From positions 160,001 through 224,000 of the forward strand of contig JAYFMW010000030.1 of assembly GCA_042408215.1 (NCBI GenBank): a stretch of 64,000 bases of DNA, given 5' to 3'. Of the stretch, positions 51,910 through 61,528 are shown piece after piece. Under the pieces are notes generated by a model, which ran no database searches, had not been told where the DNA came from, and was given only the letters and a program-made list of their open reading frames with translations. The position numbers and the translations under genes are program-made. The stretch comes from Microcoleus sp. Lineage in GTDB: Bacteria > Cyanobacteriota > Cyanobacteriia > Cyanobacteriales > Microcoleaceae. Within the stretch, counting starts at the first letter, position 1. Every line of letters starts with the position of its first letter.

Positions 51910-52740
51910 TTAATTTGGATTTTCAGCACTCAGGAGTGGAGCATACATCATTAAAGCGGAATTCTCTGTAATAAATTCTTCCCTCAGTAGTTGATTTGTA
52001 TTTGGGTCGCGTAGTTGCCGAATAAGTTGATTCTGACGCATATACCGCCCTGCGATCGGACCACTTATGAGATGATTCTTCTCCAAAATCTCGTAGCTAC
52101 AGAGACTTTCAACATTAGAACGGATCTCTCCACACAAATGCTCATCCGTTAACCATAAACACAACTGGTAATTATGAGTTGTTTTATTCTCAATTTGCAG
52201 GTCAATATAGTTATAGGACAGCGTTGCTCCGCTACCAAAGGGAAGAGTACGATTCACATCAGGAAAAACATCGTAGCTATGTCTCCAACGTTCTTTGATG
52301 GATAGAGGAGAATGTAATGTCATCCAATAAATTAAGTTGGCTAATTGACATAATCCACCACCATAACCAGCTTTCACAGTGCCATTATCTAAAGTCATTC
52401 CCAACTCAAAGCCTCTTTGCTTTGTGGGATTGCCTACCAAATACCAAAAAGAAAAGACCTCTCCCGGTTTAATCACCAAACCATTGATCGGTGCGATCGC
52501 TAAACGTAAATTTGTGACTTTATTATATTGCAGCCACATTTCTACATTTTGTAACTGGCGCATGAGAATTGACTGATGGGTAAAAATTTGAACAGGCAAA
52601 GGTTCAGAAATAATCTGGGTAGCAAACTTTATATTAGAGAAATACCACTCAAATCGACGCTTGAAAATATAGAAATATCGTCCTAGGTATAATCTCAACT
52701 TACTACGTTTTACGGGTAACTGAAAGAGATGGTTTTGCAT
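51910..52740 (-). CDS. VanW family protein
   Basis: NLRLA, IKPGEVFSFW, GGGLCQ, ERWRHS and YIDLQIEN motifs. Confidence 0.88.
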   Translation of the reverse strand: MQNHLFQLPVKRSKLRLYLGRYFYIFKRRFEWYFSNIKFATQIISEPLPVQIFTHQSILMRQLQNVEMWLQYNKVTNLRLAIAPINGLVIKPGEVFSFWYLVGNPTKQRGFELGMTLDNGTVKAGYGGGLCQLANLIYWMTLHSPLSIKERWRHSYDVFPDVNRTLPFGSGATLSYNYIDLQIENKTTHNYQLCLWLTDEHLCGEIRSNVESLCSYEILEKNHLISGPIAGRYMRQNQLIRQLRDPNTNQLLREEFITENSALMMYAPLLSAENPN

Positions 52741-53031
52741 AGCGCTCCTAGAAGGTTTAAGTATCCTAACTGCCAAGAATAACGATATATAGCCTTTCTC
52801 AGAAAGATGAGGTACGACTGGGCATAGGGCATGGGGCATGGGGCATAGGGCATAGGGTTCCGTGGGCATACCTCACTTTTTTGAGAACCGCTATATCAAT
52901 GTTACGGACATAATCTAGATAGGGCGTGAGGTTCTCTAGAGTCATGTTTAAAGTCGTCCAGGACTGTGAGTGACAAAGGTGCCACCACGAACGAAAAAAC
53001 TCGATCGGACTTAAATTGAACGTTTTCGGTT

Positions 53032-53071
53032 CCCGATCGGTCTAAATTATATACAGACCCGATCGGTCTAA
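53032..53071 (+). promoter_or_regulatory. Candidate operator: two copies of CCCGATCGGTCTAA just upstream of the efflux operon
   Basis: Direct repeats at 53032 and 53058, each near-palindromic. Confidence 0.45.
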
Positions 53072-53076
53072 CTTAT

Positions 53077-54897
53077 ATGTACTTAGTAAATCACCTTCAG
53101 ATAAAAAAAGGACTGACTCCGTGGGTAAGCGGGCTGCTCGCCGCCGGACTGCTCGCCGGAGCAGGCTATATAGCTTATGACCAACTCACGGTCAAATCCA
53201 GCCGCGAAACCAAACGCAAGGAAAAAACCGTTGCTGTACAAAGAGTAAATCTGCCGATCGCCATTTCAGCAAACGGGACAATAGCACCCGAACGGAGCGT
53301 TAACCTCAGCCCCAAAACATCAGGAGTGCTCAAAAGTTTGCTCGTCAAGGAAGGAGACAGCGTTGAACAAGGGCAGATTCTCGCCTACATGGATGACTCC
53401 AACCTCCAAGGACAGTTGACCCAAAATCGCGGACAACTCGCCTCAGCCGAAGCAAACCTGCAAAAATTACTCAACGGTAATCGAGCCCAAGATATTGCAG
53501 CAGCAAAAGCACAAGTCGCCGAACAACAAGCAAATCTGGAAAAATTGCTCAACGGTAATCGCAGCCAGGATATTGCTGTCGCCGCTTCACAACTAGCAGA
53601 ACAACAAGCAAATCTCCAAAAATTGCTCAACGGTAATCGCAGCCAGGATATTGCTGTCGCCGCTTCACAATTAGCAGAACAACAAGCAACTCTGGAAAAA
53701 TTGCTCAACGGTAATCGCCCCGAAGATATCGCCCAAGCTCAAGCTAAACTCAGGGATGCTGAATACGCCAAAAAACAAGCAGAAGAAGACTTTCAGAGAA
53801 ATCAGGAACTCTACACAGCCGGAGCCATTGCTCTCCAAATTGTGAATACTTCTCGCACCGCGCGCGATCGAGCTCAAACTCAAGTTAGGCAAGCTGAACA
53901 AGCTGTAGCTTTGTTACAAGCTGGTTCCCGCCCGGAAGATATCGCGAGCGCCACTTCCGCAGTCGAGCAAAAACAGCAAGCTTTGGCCCTGTTGCGATCG
54001 GGTGCTCGCCCGGAAGACATCGCCCAAGCCCAAGCAGCCGTAGCACAAAAACAGCAAGCTTTGGCTGGAGTGCGATCGGGTGCTCGCCCGGAAGACATCG
54101 CCCAAGCCCAAGCAGCAGTCGAGCAAAAACAGCAAGCTTTGGCGCTAATTCAAGCCGGTGCTCGCCCGGAAGACATCGCGATCGCCCGCGCCCAAGTTCT
54201 CGCAGCCAAAGGGAGCCTCCAAACCGTACAAGCGCTGATTAACGATACGAAGATTCGCGCTCCTTTCAGCGGTATTGTGACTCGGAAATATGCAGATCCG
54301 GGCGCTTTTGTCACTCCCACAACGGCAGGTAGTGCAGTTTCTTCAGCGACTTCTTCTTCGATTTTATCTTTAGCTTCCAAAAATCAGGTTGTGGCTAATG
54401 TCGCAGAAAGCAATATTGCCCAAATCCGGCTAGGCCAAAATGCGTCTATTCAAGCTGATGCTTATACGGGAAAGACTTTTACAGGTAAAGTTAGCCAAAT
54501 TTCGCCTCAGTCGATCGTCCAGCAAAATGTTACCAGTTTCGAGGTAAAAACTTCTATTGTTGATGATGAAAAAAAAATGCTGCGATCGGGAATGAATGTG
54601 AATGTGGAGTTTAAAGCGGGTGAATTGAAAGATGTTTTGGTTGTACCCACTGCGGCAATTGTTCGTCAACAAAAAGAAACGGGGGTGTTTGTGGCGGTTG
54701 GAGAAGATGGGAAGCCTGTGTTTGTGCCCATTAAGACGGGGATGACAGTTGATGATAAGACAGAAGTGCGATCGGGCTTAAAGGGAAATGAAAAAGTTTT
54801 TATTAGTTTACCGCCAGGATTGCGGCAGAAATCTCAAAATCCATCGTCGGGTGGAATTCCGGGTTTGCAACCGGGGGGTGGAAGTCGCTTGCGTTAG
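53077..54897 (+). CDS. Efflux periplasmic adaptor subunit (MacA/HlyD-like) with expanded coiled-coil repeats
   Basis: N-terminal TM, VKEGDSVEQGQ lipoyl motif, repeated G(N/A)R(S/P)(Q/E)DIA, IRAPFSG. Confidence 0.9.
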   Translation: MYLVNHLQIKKGLTPWVSGLLAAGLLAGAGYIAYDQLTVKSSRETKRKEKTVAVQRVNLPIAISANGTIAPERSVNLSPKTSGVLKSLLVKEGDSVEQGQILAYMDDSNLQGQLTQNRGQLASAEANLQKLLNGNRAQDIAAAKAQVAEQQANLEKLLNGNRSQDIAVAASQLAEQQANLQKLLNGNRSQDIAVAASQLAEQQATLEKLLNGNRPEDIAQAQAKLRDAEYAKKQAEEDFQRNQELYTAGAIALQIVNTSRTARDRAQTQVRQAEQAVALLQAGSRPEDIASATSAVEQKQQALALLRSGARPEDIAQAQAAVAQKQQALAGVRSGARPEDIAQAQAAVEQKQQALALIQAGARPEDIAIARAQVLAAKGSLQTVQALINDTKIRAPFSGIVTRKYADPGAFVTPTTAGSAVSSATSSSILSLASKNQVVANVAESNIAQIRLGQNASIQADAYTGKTFTGKVSQISPQSIVQQNVTSFEVKTSIVDDEKKMLRSGMNVNVEFKAGELKDVLVVPTAAIVRQQKETGVFVAVGEDGKPVFVPIKTGMTVDDKTEVRSGLKGNEKVFISLPPGLRQKSQNPSSGGIPGLQPGGGSRLR

Positions 54898-55047
54898 TGG
54901 GAAGAATGAAGAAAAGCACCACAGGGATTTCGACATTTGTTTGTATCAGAATTATCGCTCTCTTTCTTCTCTCCCTCTGTGTTCTCTGCGCTCTCTGCGG
55001 TAAAAAAAAAATATTAATACTCGCCAATTAGCCATTACCTTTACCTA

Positions 55048-56313
55048 ATGAAATTAAAGACTCCCCCAGTGATTAATAAAATCTCAAATGTTCAAATTGT
55101 ATTCATGGCGACAGAGGCGCTGTGGAATAACAAATTGCGTACCAGTTTGACGATGCTGGGCGTAATTATTGGCATATCTTCTGTCATTACCATTACTTCG
55201 GTGGGACAGGGGGTACAAAAGTCTACAGAGGAACAGTTGAAGGCTTTGGGTACTGATGTGCTGTTGGTTTTATCTGGTGCTTCGCGATCGGGTGGTGTGA
55301 GTCAGGGTAGTGGTTCTGCTTCTACTGTGACTTGGGATGATGCTAGGGCGATCGGCAAACAAGCACCCGCTGTTAAGGCGATTTCGGCTTATTTGCAGCG
55401 AAGCGTGCAAGTTGTTTATGGCGGACAAAATTCATTTACTGCTATTTTGGGAACGGATTTAAATTATCCCGATGTGAAGAAAATTCAACCTCAAGAAGGA
55501 CGGTTTTTTAATGAGGATGAATTGAATGCTGCTGAGCCAGTGGTTGTCCTTGGTTCTAAGGTGCGAGACGACCTTTTTGGAGTCGGCGCTAATGCCCTAT
55601 CGGCTGATGTTCGTATTCAGGGAGGGCGCTACAAGGTCATTGGAGTGATGGAACCCAAGGGGTCTGTAGGGGGTACCGATCAGGACGATCGAGTGTATAT
55701 TCCCCTCAAAAATATGTCGGCTCGGATTGTGGGTAGAAATTCTTTGGCTGGAATTGCAATCTCTGGTTTTTGGTTGCAAACTAGCGGCGAATCGGATTTG
55801 GCCGATGCTCAATTTCAAGTAGAAAATATCCTGCGTTTGCGCCACAATATTTATCCGCCGCAACCGGATGATTTTCGAGTGATTAATCAAGTTGATATTG
55901 TTAATACTTTTAGCAATGTGGTAGGTTTGTTTACAGTTATGGTGGGAGCGATCGCCGGAATTTCTCTGGTAGTTGGCGGCATTGGTATTGCTAATATTAT
56001 GTTGGTGTCTGTTGTGGAGCGCACTAAGGAAATTGGGATTCGGAAAGCGGTAGGTGCTACTAATGCAGCTATTCTGATTCAATTTATGGCTGAATCGGTT
56101 TTGGTTTCGACGGTGGGGGGTACGGCGGGTATTGGTTTGGGAATTGCGATCGCCTTTGGAGCCTCGACAGCGTTCAAATTTCCGTTTGTGGTTTCTGTAT
56201 GGTCTATCGCTGCGGGTTTTGGGCTATCCTTTACTGTAGGGTTATTGGCTGGGGTGCTTCCGGCGAGGAATGCGGCTCGCTTAGATCCGATCGCAGCTTT
56301 GCGAAATGATTGA
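55048..56313 (+). CDS. ABC transporter permease (MacB/FtsX-like)
   Basis: RTSLTMLGVIIG, VGGIGIANIMLVSVVERTKEIGIRKAVGA, PARNAARLDPIAALR. Confidence 0.92.
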   Translation: MKLKTPPVINKISNVQIVFMATEALWNNKLRTSLTMLGVIIGISSVITITSVGQGVQKSTEEQLKALGTDVLLVLSGASRSGGVSQGSGSASTVTWDDARAIGKQAPAVKAISAYLQRSVQVVYGGQNSFTAILGTDLNYPDVKKIQPQEGRFFNEDELNAAEPVVVLGSKVRDDLFGVGANALSADVRIQGGRYKVIGVMEPKGSVGGTDQDDRVYIPLKNMSARIVGRNSLAGIAISGFWLQTSGESDLADAQFQVENILRLRHNIYPPQPDDFRVINQVDIVNTFSNVVGLFTVMVGAIAGISLVVGGIGIANIMLVSVVERTKEIGIRKAVGATNAAILIQFMAESVLVSTVGGTAGIGLGIAIAFGASTAFKFPFVVSVWSIAAGFGLSFTVGLLAGVLPARNAARLDPIAALRND

Positions 56314-56500
56314 AGTTATTGAATTTGGACCCGCTTAACCCCTCTTTCCCGCGCGATCGCGTCCTCCGCAGACTCGAACTGAGAAAATCTCTTGCTTTGG
56401 GTACCTGATACCAATTATGATAAATCCTGGACGCAATTAGAAATAATCTACTTTAGTTCCAATATAACCCGAAAAACTCTTTATCCAACAGGCAATTTCC

Positions 56501-56836
56501 ATGTTAGAAGCATTGGTATTGGCAACAGTATTTTGCGGATTTTTTGGTATCATCTTGAAAAAAAACCTGATCATGAAAATCGTCTGCATGGATGTCATGA
56601 GTACAGGAGTAATCGCCTATTACGTGGTGGTAGCAGCGCGAGATGGCTGGCTGACACCAATTATTGCAAAAGGCAAAATTGTCCCCTACGCCGATCCGGT
56701 TCCCCAGGCGGTAATCTTAACGGCGATCGTGATCGGCTTTTCAATTCAAGCCTTAATGCTGGTAGGTGTGATGAAGCTGGCACGGGATAATCCGACATTG
56801 GAATGTAACGAAATCGAGATGAATAACACGCCTTAA
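56501..56836 (+). CDS. mrpC: Mrp Na+/H+ antiporter subunit C
   Basis: DPVPQAVILTAIVIG motif. Confidence 0.9.
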   Translation: MLEALVLATVFCGFFGIILKKNLIMKIVCMDVMSTGVIAYYVVVAARDGWLTPIIAKGKIVPYADPVPQAVILTAIVIGFSIQALMLVGVMKLARDNPTLECNEIEMNNTP

Positions 56837-57002
56837 TACCAATTTTTTATGAGGTTGCATAGAATCCGATCCCCCATAAAGAGGGCGGGCACGGGGGCAC
56901 CGCCCCTACAAGGGGGGGACAAGATTCTTCTCAAAGTCCCCCTACAACCAGGGGGATTTAGGGGGATCGAGATATGTGCAACGACCCATTAAATTGGTAT
57001 TA
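56834..57002. repeat. MITE-like element between mrpC and mrpD with nested REP
   Basis: TAATACCAATT...AATTGGTATTA ends; inverted relative of 37151-37318. Confidence 0.75.
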
Positions 57003-57055
57003 ATACTCCCCGCTCTTCCAGAGATGGGGTTTCCCAAACTACCGAAACTTATCTG

Positions 57056-58486
57056 ATGAATATCCTGACGATCGCCTGGATTACATTTCCGTTTTTTATC
57101 GGGTTTATCATTTATTTGGTTCCCAAGCTTGACAAGTATCTCGCAATATTAGGAGCGTTCGTATCTGCTACTTTTGCAGCCGAGCTTTTTGTGATACCAT
57201 CAGCGGTGACGCTGGAGTTACTAAATAATTTCAGTGTTACTTTGCTAGTCGATAGCTTGAGCGGCTATTTTATCTTAACCAATGCCCTAGTCACGGCAGC
57301 AGTTGTTATCTACTGTTGGCCCACAGATAAGAAGGCATTTTTTTACGCACAGATTCTGATGGTGCATGGCAGTCTGAATGCAGCTTTTGCTTCTACGGAT
57401 TTTATCAGTTTATATGTCGGTTTAGAGGTGAGCGGCATTGCGGCGTTTCTGTTGATTGCCTATCCTCGCAGCGATCGATCGATTTGGGTAGCTTTACGCT
57501 ATCTATTTATTAGCAACACGGCAATGTTGTTTTATCTAATCGGTGCCGTGCTGGTTTATAAGGCAAGTTATTCCTTTAGTTTTGCCGGATTGGCTAAAGC
57601 ACCCCCAGAGGCGATCGCTCTGATTTTTATGGGACTTTTGGTGAAAGGAGGTGTGTTTGTATCGGGGTTGTGGCTGCCGCTAACTCACTCGGAATCAGAA
57701 ACTCCGGTGTCGGCTTTGCTGTCGGGGATTGTCGTCAAAGCGGGCGTATATCCCCTTGTGCGCTGTGCCTTGATGGTGGACGAGGTGGCTCCTATCGTCC
57801 AGATTTTCGGAGTCGGGGCGGCGTTTATGGGCGTGTTCTATGCCATCTTTGAAAAGGATACTAAACGGATGCTGGCGTTTAGTACAATTTCGCAACTAGG
57901 CTGGATGCTTGCTGTACCCCAAGTGGCAGGGCTTTATGCTTTAGCGCACGGTTTGGTGAAATCGGCGCTGTTTCTAATTGCCGGTGCTTTACCGAGTCGC
58001 AATTTTCAGGATCTCAAACAAAAGCCGATCGATACCAAAATCTGGATAGCCTTAGTTATCGCTAGTTTATCAATCTCTGGATTTCCGTTTTTGGTTGGCT
58101 TTGGCGCGAAGATGTTGACGCTGAAAAATTTGCTACCTTGGCAAACGATCGCCATGAATGTGGCAGCAGTAGGAACTGCTATCCTATTTGCTAAATTCAT
58201 CTTTCTACCTCGTGGCGGACAAACAGCAGCCAAACCCGGTTTTTGGCCTGCGGTGTTGCTGTTACTAGGTGGGCTGATTGCAGCGAATGCCTTTTATGTT
58301 GAGGCTTATACGCTGGAAAATATGCTAAAGGCGATCGGCACCATCGGTGTTGGTTGGTTAGCCTATTTCTTGATTTTTCAACGCACGGCAATCAAACTGC
58401 CGCGTATGCTTGAACAATTCGATCATTTGGTCGGTTTTATGAGCTTGATTTCGCTTCTACTATTCTGGATGGCTTTACCCAAATGA
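57056..58486 (+). CDS. mrpD: Mrp Na+/H+ antiporter subunit D
   Basis: DFISLYVGLE, WLPLTH, SALLSGIVVKAG, KRMLAFSTISQLG and HGLVK motifs. Confidence 0.9.
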   Translation: MNILTIAWITFPFFIGFIIYLVPKLDKYLAILGAFVSATFAAELFVIPSAVTLELLNNFSVTLLVDSLSGYFILTNALVTAAVVIYCWPTDKKAFFYAQILMVHGSLNAAFASTDFISLYVGLEVSGIAAFLLIAYPRSDRSIWVALRYLFISNTAMLFYLIGAVLVYKASYSFSFAGLAKAPPEAIALIFMGLLVKGGVFVSGLWLPLTHSESETPVSALLSGIVVKAGVYPLVRCALMVDEVAPIVQIFGVGAAFMGVFYAIFEKDTKRMLAFSTISQLGWMLAVPQVAGLYALAHGLVKSALFLIAGALPSRNFQDLKQKPIDTKIWIALVIASLSISGFPFLVGFGAKMLTLKNLLPWQTIAMNVAAVGTAILFAKFIFLPRGGQTAAKPGFWPAVLLLLGGLIAANAFYVEAYTLENMLKAIGTIGVGWLAYFLIFQRTAIKLPRMLEQFDHLVGFMSLISLLLFWMALPK

Positions 58487-58866
58487 TTGGACATCTGATA
58501 TTAAGACTTACCATCTGGTTTCTACTGACTGCTGATTTTAGTTTGGCAAATATTGCGATCGGCATTGTCATCGCTTTGGTATTACCGCGCAGCTACTCAC
58601 CCCCGGAACCCTTAAAGGAGTGGTTCGATGTCTTTCGTAAAATCTTGATGGCGATTCCGATCGCTTATATAGAAGCATTTGAACTGATCTTCCGTCCCCA
58701 CAGACACGAAGATATAGTTATGGAAAAAGTGCCAAATCACCGATCGCCATTGTTGATATTCCTAGATGTGTTCTTGATTACTTTTACACCGAAAACAATT
58801 GTTGTGAAGTACCACGATGAGGGTTTTTACGAAGTACATCTGGTGCGTCGGACTTCCAGTAATTAG
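58483..58866 (+). CDS. mrpE: Mrp antiporter subunit E
   Basis: ITFTPKT motif; ATGA overlap with mrpD. Confidence 0.85.
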   Translation: MIGHLILRLTIWFLLTADFSLANIAIGIVIALVLPRSYSPPEPLKEWFDVFRKILMAIPIAYIEAFELIFRPHRHEDIVMEKVPNHRSPLLIFLDVFLITFTPKTIVVKYHDEGFYEVHLVRRTSSN

Positions 58867-58973
58867 CTGATGTTTTTTGAGGATTTTTTTTACCGCAGAG
58901 GGCGCAGAGGGCGCAGAGGAAGAGAAGAGGGAAATTTCTAGTTTTTATGGGGCTAAGTTAGGAGGGTAGATAA

Positions 58974-59237
58974 TTGCAGAACTTGAACAACTTGATTTTG
59001 ATTTTGATGATTTTGGCTCTGCTCATACCGATGTATGAGGTATGGAAAGATGATGATATCTGGCAGACAATGTTGGCTTTTGCTAGTATTTCAACTAAGG
59101 CGGCAATCATTGCTCTGGTTATATCTGTCTGGCGCGATGATTGGATGATCGGTGTGGTAGCGGCGATTATCCTGAGTGTGGGTAATGCTGGATTGATGTT
59201 GTTGGCACAAATAATTAAACGTATTAGTGACGCATGA
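58974..59237 (+). CDS. mrpF: Mrp antiporter subunit F-like
   Basis: Small 3-TM protein in the operon position; AGGAGG RBS with TTG start. Confidence 0.7.
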   Translation: MQNLNNLILILMILALLIPMYEVWKDDDIWQTMLAFASISTKAAIIALVISVWRDDWMIGVVAAIILSVGNAGLMLLAQIIKRISDA

Positions 59238-59521
59238 TTGTAATAGATGTTTTGAGTTATACCTGCATTGGTATAGGAATTTTCTTCTGGTTTTGGGGTA
59301 CTTCTTATCTCCTGGGGAAGCGATCGGTTTTATATAAACTGCACAGTCTTTCGGTAGCAGATACGCTGGGTTCGATGTTGATTGTTGTTGGATTGTTACT
59401 GAAAATACCCAGTAAATGGCCTCTGTTAATTCTTGCCCTCATTTGCTTAGCAATATGGAATACAATGCTGGGATATGTATTAGCCTATTGTTCCAATGCA
59501 GGGAGTAACTATGAACGATAA
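59234..59521 (+). CDS. mrpG: Mrp antiporter subunit G
   Basis: KLHSLSVADTLG motif. Confidence 0.85.
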   Translation: MIVIDVLSYTCIGIGIFFWFWGTSYLLGKRSVLYKLHSLSVADTLGSMLIVVGLLLKIPSKWPLLILALICLAIWNTMLGYVLAYCSNAGSNYER

Positions 59522-60098
59522 CAGCTATATTTATGTCCTCGTTGCTCTGCTCCCGTTAGCTGCTGGTATGCTGGTGTTTCAGGTCAATCCATACCACGCA
59601 TTGCTGCTGCGAGGTGTATTGGGGGCGATCGCCGCCTTGGTGTATACAATATTAGGCGCGGGGGATGTGGGCTTAACCGAAGCGTTGATGGGTACCCTAC
59701 TGGCGATTACACTTTATGCAGTGACGGTGCGTTCATCCCTGGTGCTGCGTCTGGGTGTCATCGAAAACGCGATCGGAGATGATGCTGTCTCAGACGAGAA
59801 AAGTGCAGGTCATTTTAAGCAAGTAATAGATGACATTCGTGCAGTTTTTAAGAAACGCCATATGCGTCTGGAAGTGGTTCCCTATGCGACTGCACAAGCA
59901 TTAGAGCGGGCGCTGATGGAAAAAGAAGTTCATGCTGTTTGTTCCCCACAAAACCAACAGGAATACAGCGGCGAAGTGCCACCTTATCACACTGCAATTA
60001 GAGTTCGGCGCGTCTATGATATCATGCAAACCGAACTTGCATCACCGGGGACAACCCTAACCTATGTGAATACACCAGACCTAGAGGAGAAGCATTGA
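59511..60098 (+). CDS. DUF4040 Mrp subunit (MrpB-like N-terminal part)
   Basis: LGAGDVGLTEALMG motif; operon position. Confidence 0.8.
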   Translation: MNDNSYIYVLVALLPLAAGMLVFQVNPYHALLLRGVLGAIAALVYTILGAGDVGLTEALMGTLLAITLYAVTVRSSLVLRLGVIENAIGDDAVSDEKSAGHFKQVIDDIRAVFKKRHMRLEVVPYATAQALERALMEKEVHAVCSPQNQQEYSGEVPPYHTAIRVRRVYDIMQTELASPGTTLTYVNTPDLEEKH

Positions 60099-60763
60099 TG
60101 AAATGGGTTTACATTGTAGCTGGAATAGCGCTGTTTGTGAAAATGCTGCTTGTCGCTAATCCAACAGCAGACTTATCGCAGCCAAGTTCCATCGTCGAAT
60201 TGGTTGTCCAAGATAGTGGAGTATCCAATGCGGTTTCCGGTATCATTTTGCGGAACCGGCTGTACGATACCATTTTTGAAGTTGTGGTATTTACGATCGC
60301 CATTTTGGGCGCAAGTTATCTACTGGCCAATGAAAAGCCGTCCTGCGCGATTTATCAATTTACCGATCGACCATCGATTATTTTGGCGCGATTGGGAGCG
60401 ACGATTGCCGCGTTGGTGGGTGTAGAATTAGCAATTCGCGGGCATTTAAGTCCCGGCGGTGGTTTTGCAGCCGGTGTAGCGGGCGGAACCGCGATCGGAC
60501 TCATCGCCATTACCTCATCACCCCAAGCGATGCAAGACATATACAAAAAGTGGCACGCGGCGACTTGGGAGAAGGTTTCCGTACTGGTTTTTATTGTACT
60601 CTCAGTAATCACTCTTTCTGGATATGAGTTGCCCCACGGAGAGTTAGGCACACTTTTAAGCGGCGGAATTCTCCCCTTACTCAATATCCTGGTTGCAGTC
60701 AAAGTCACCTTGGGTTCCTGGGCAGTAATGTTAGTATTTATCCGTTATCGCGGATTGTTGTGA
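60098..60763 (+). CDS. mrpB: Mrp antiporter subunit B
   Basis: NRLYDTIFE and GHLSPGGGFAAG motifs. Confidence 0.88.
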   Translation: MKWVYIVAGIALFVKMLLVANPTADLSQPSSIVELVVQDSGVSNAVSGIILRNRLYDTIFEVVVFTIAILGASYLLANEKPSCAIYQFTDRPSIILARLGATIAALVGVELAIRGHLSPGGGFAAGVAGGTAIGLIAITSSPQAMQDIYKKWHAATWEKVSVLVFIVLSVITLSGYELPHGELGTLLSGGILPLLNILVAVKVTLGSWAVMLVFIRYRGLL

Positions 60764-60871
60764 TCCATATATCAATATTCCGATCTCAAATTGACAGAGA
60801 TCGGATTGAGTCATCCCTCTCTTATCTTACTCTGCGCCCTCTGCGCCCTCTGCGGTAAAAAAAATCCCAAT

Positions 60872-61492
60872 TTACACTAAACAAGCTCCAAAAATCTGAT
60901 TTGCAGTCAAGTTCAAATCGGGAAAAGTTTGCGATAAAATTCTGTCATTATCTCTAAACTTGAGAACTTGATATTCACCATCAACCAAATTACACACAGA
61001 AATTGTCGGTTGTTTAGGATTGCCAATAAAACTACGTCCGCCCAACGCAGCATAATCCACAATCCAATATTCAGCGATACCCATCTCCTCATAATCAGCA
61101 TATTTCAAATAGTAATCATCGCGCCAATTGGTTGACACAACCTCGATCGCCAAAGGTATCGATGCACCCAAACTGAGGATAGACTGTTTTTTCCACAATG
61201 TTTCGTTTACCAGATTTGCACGATTCAGCACCAGCACATCAGGGAAATAACCAGAATCTTTTTCAGGAGGTCTAACTATCACTTGGCGGGGGATACCGTA
61301 GGGAAATCCCAGACGTTTAATCTCAAAAGGAATTTCGATGCCAAGAAAGCTGATAACTTCCTCGTGTTCGCCTACTGGTTGTGCCATCTCAACAATATTT
61401 CCATTATGCAATTCGTAGCGTACCGCCGAATTTTCAGGTAGCCACTCCACAAATTCCTCGAAGTTTACGAGTTTGGGTAAAGCTAGAGTCAT
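60872..61492 (-). CDS. Uma2 family endonuclease
   Basis: RYELHNG, PDV, IEVVS, KYADYEEMGIAEYWIVD. Confidence 0.92.
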   Translation of the reverse strand: MTLALPKLVNFEEFVEWLPENSAVRYELHNGNIVEMAQPVGEHEEVISFLGIEIPFEIKRLGFPYGIPRQVIVRPPEKDSGYFPDVLVLNRANLVNETLWKKQSILSLGASIPLAIEVVSTNWRDDYYLKYADYEEMGIAEYWIVDYAALGGRSFIGNPKQPTISVCNLVDGEYQVLKFRDNDRILSQTFPDLNLTANQIFGACLV

Positions 61493-61528
61493 AGGTTTTA
61501 AGAATTACCGATAATATAAATTATAACT

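Noticed and set aside
60872..61492. Uma2 nuclease as restriction partner of the adjacent methyltransferase
   Set aside because: Uma2 genes are highly multicopy in cyanobacteria and adjacency alone is weak evidence.
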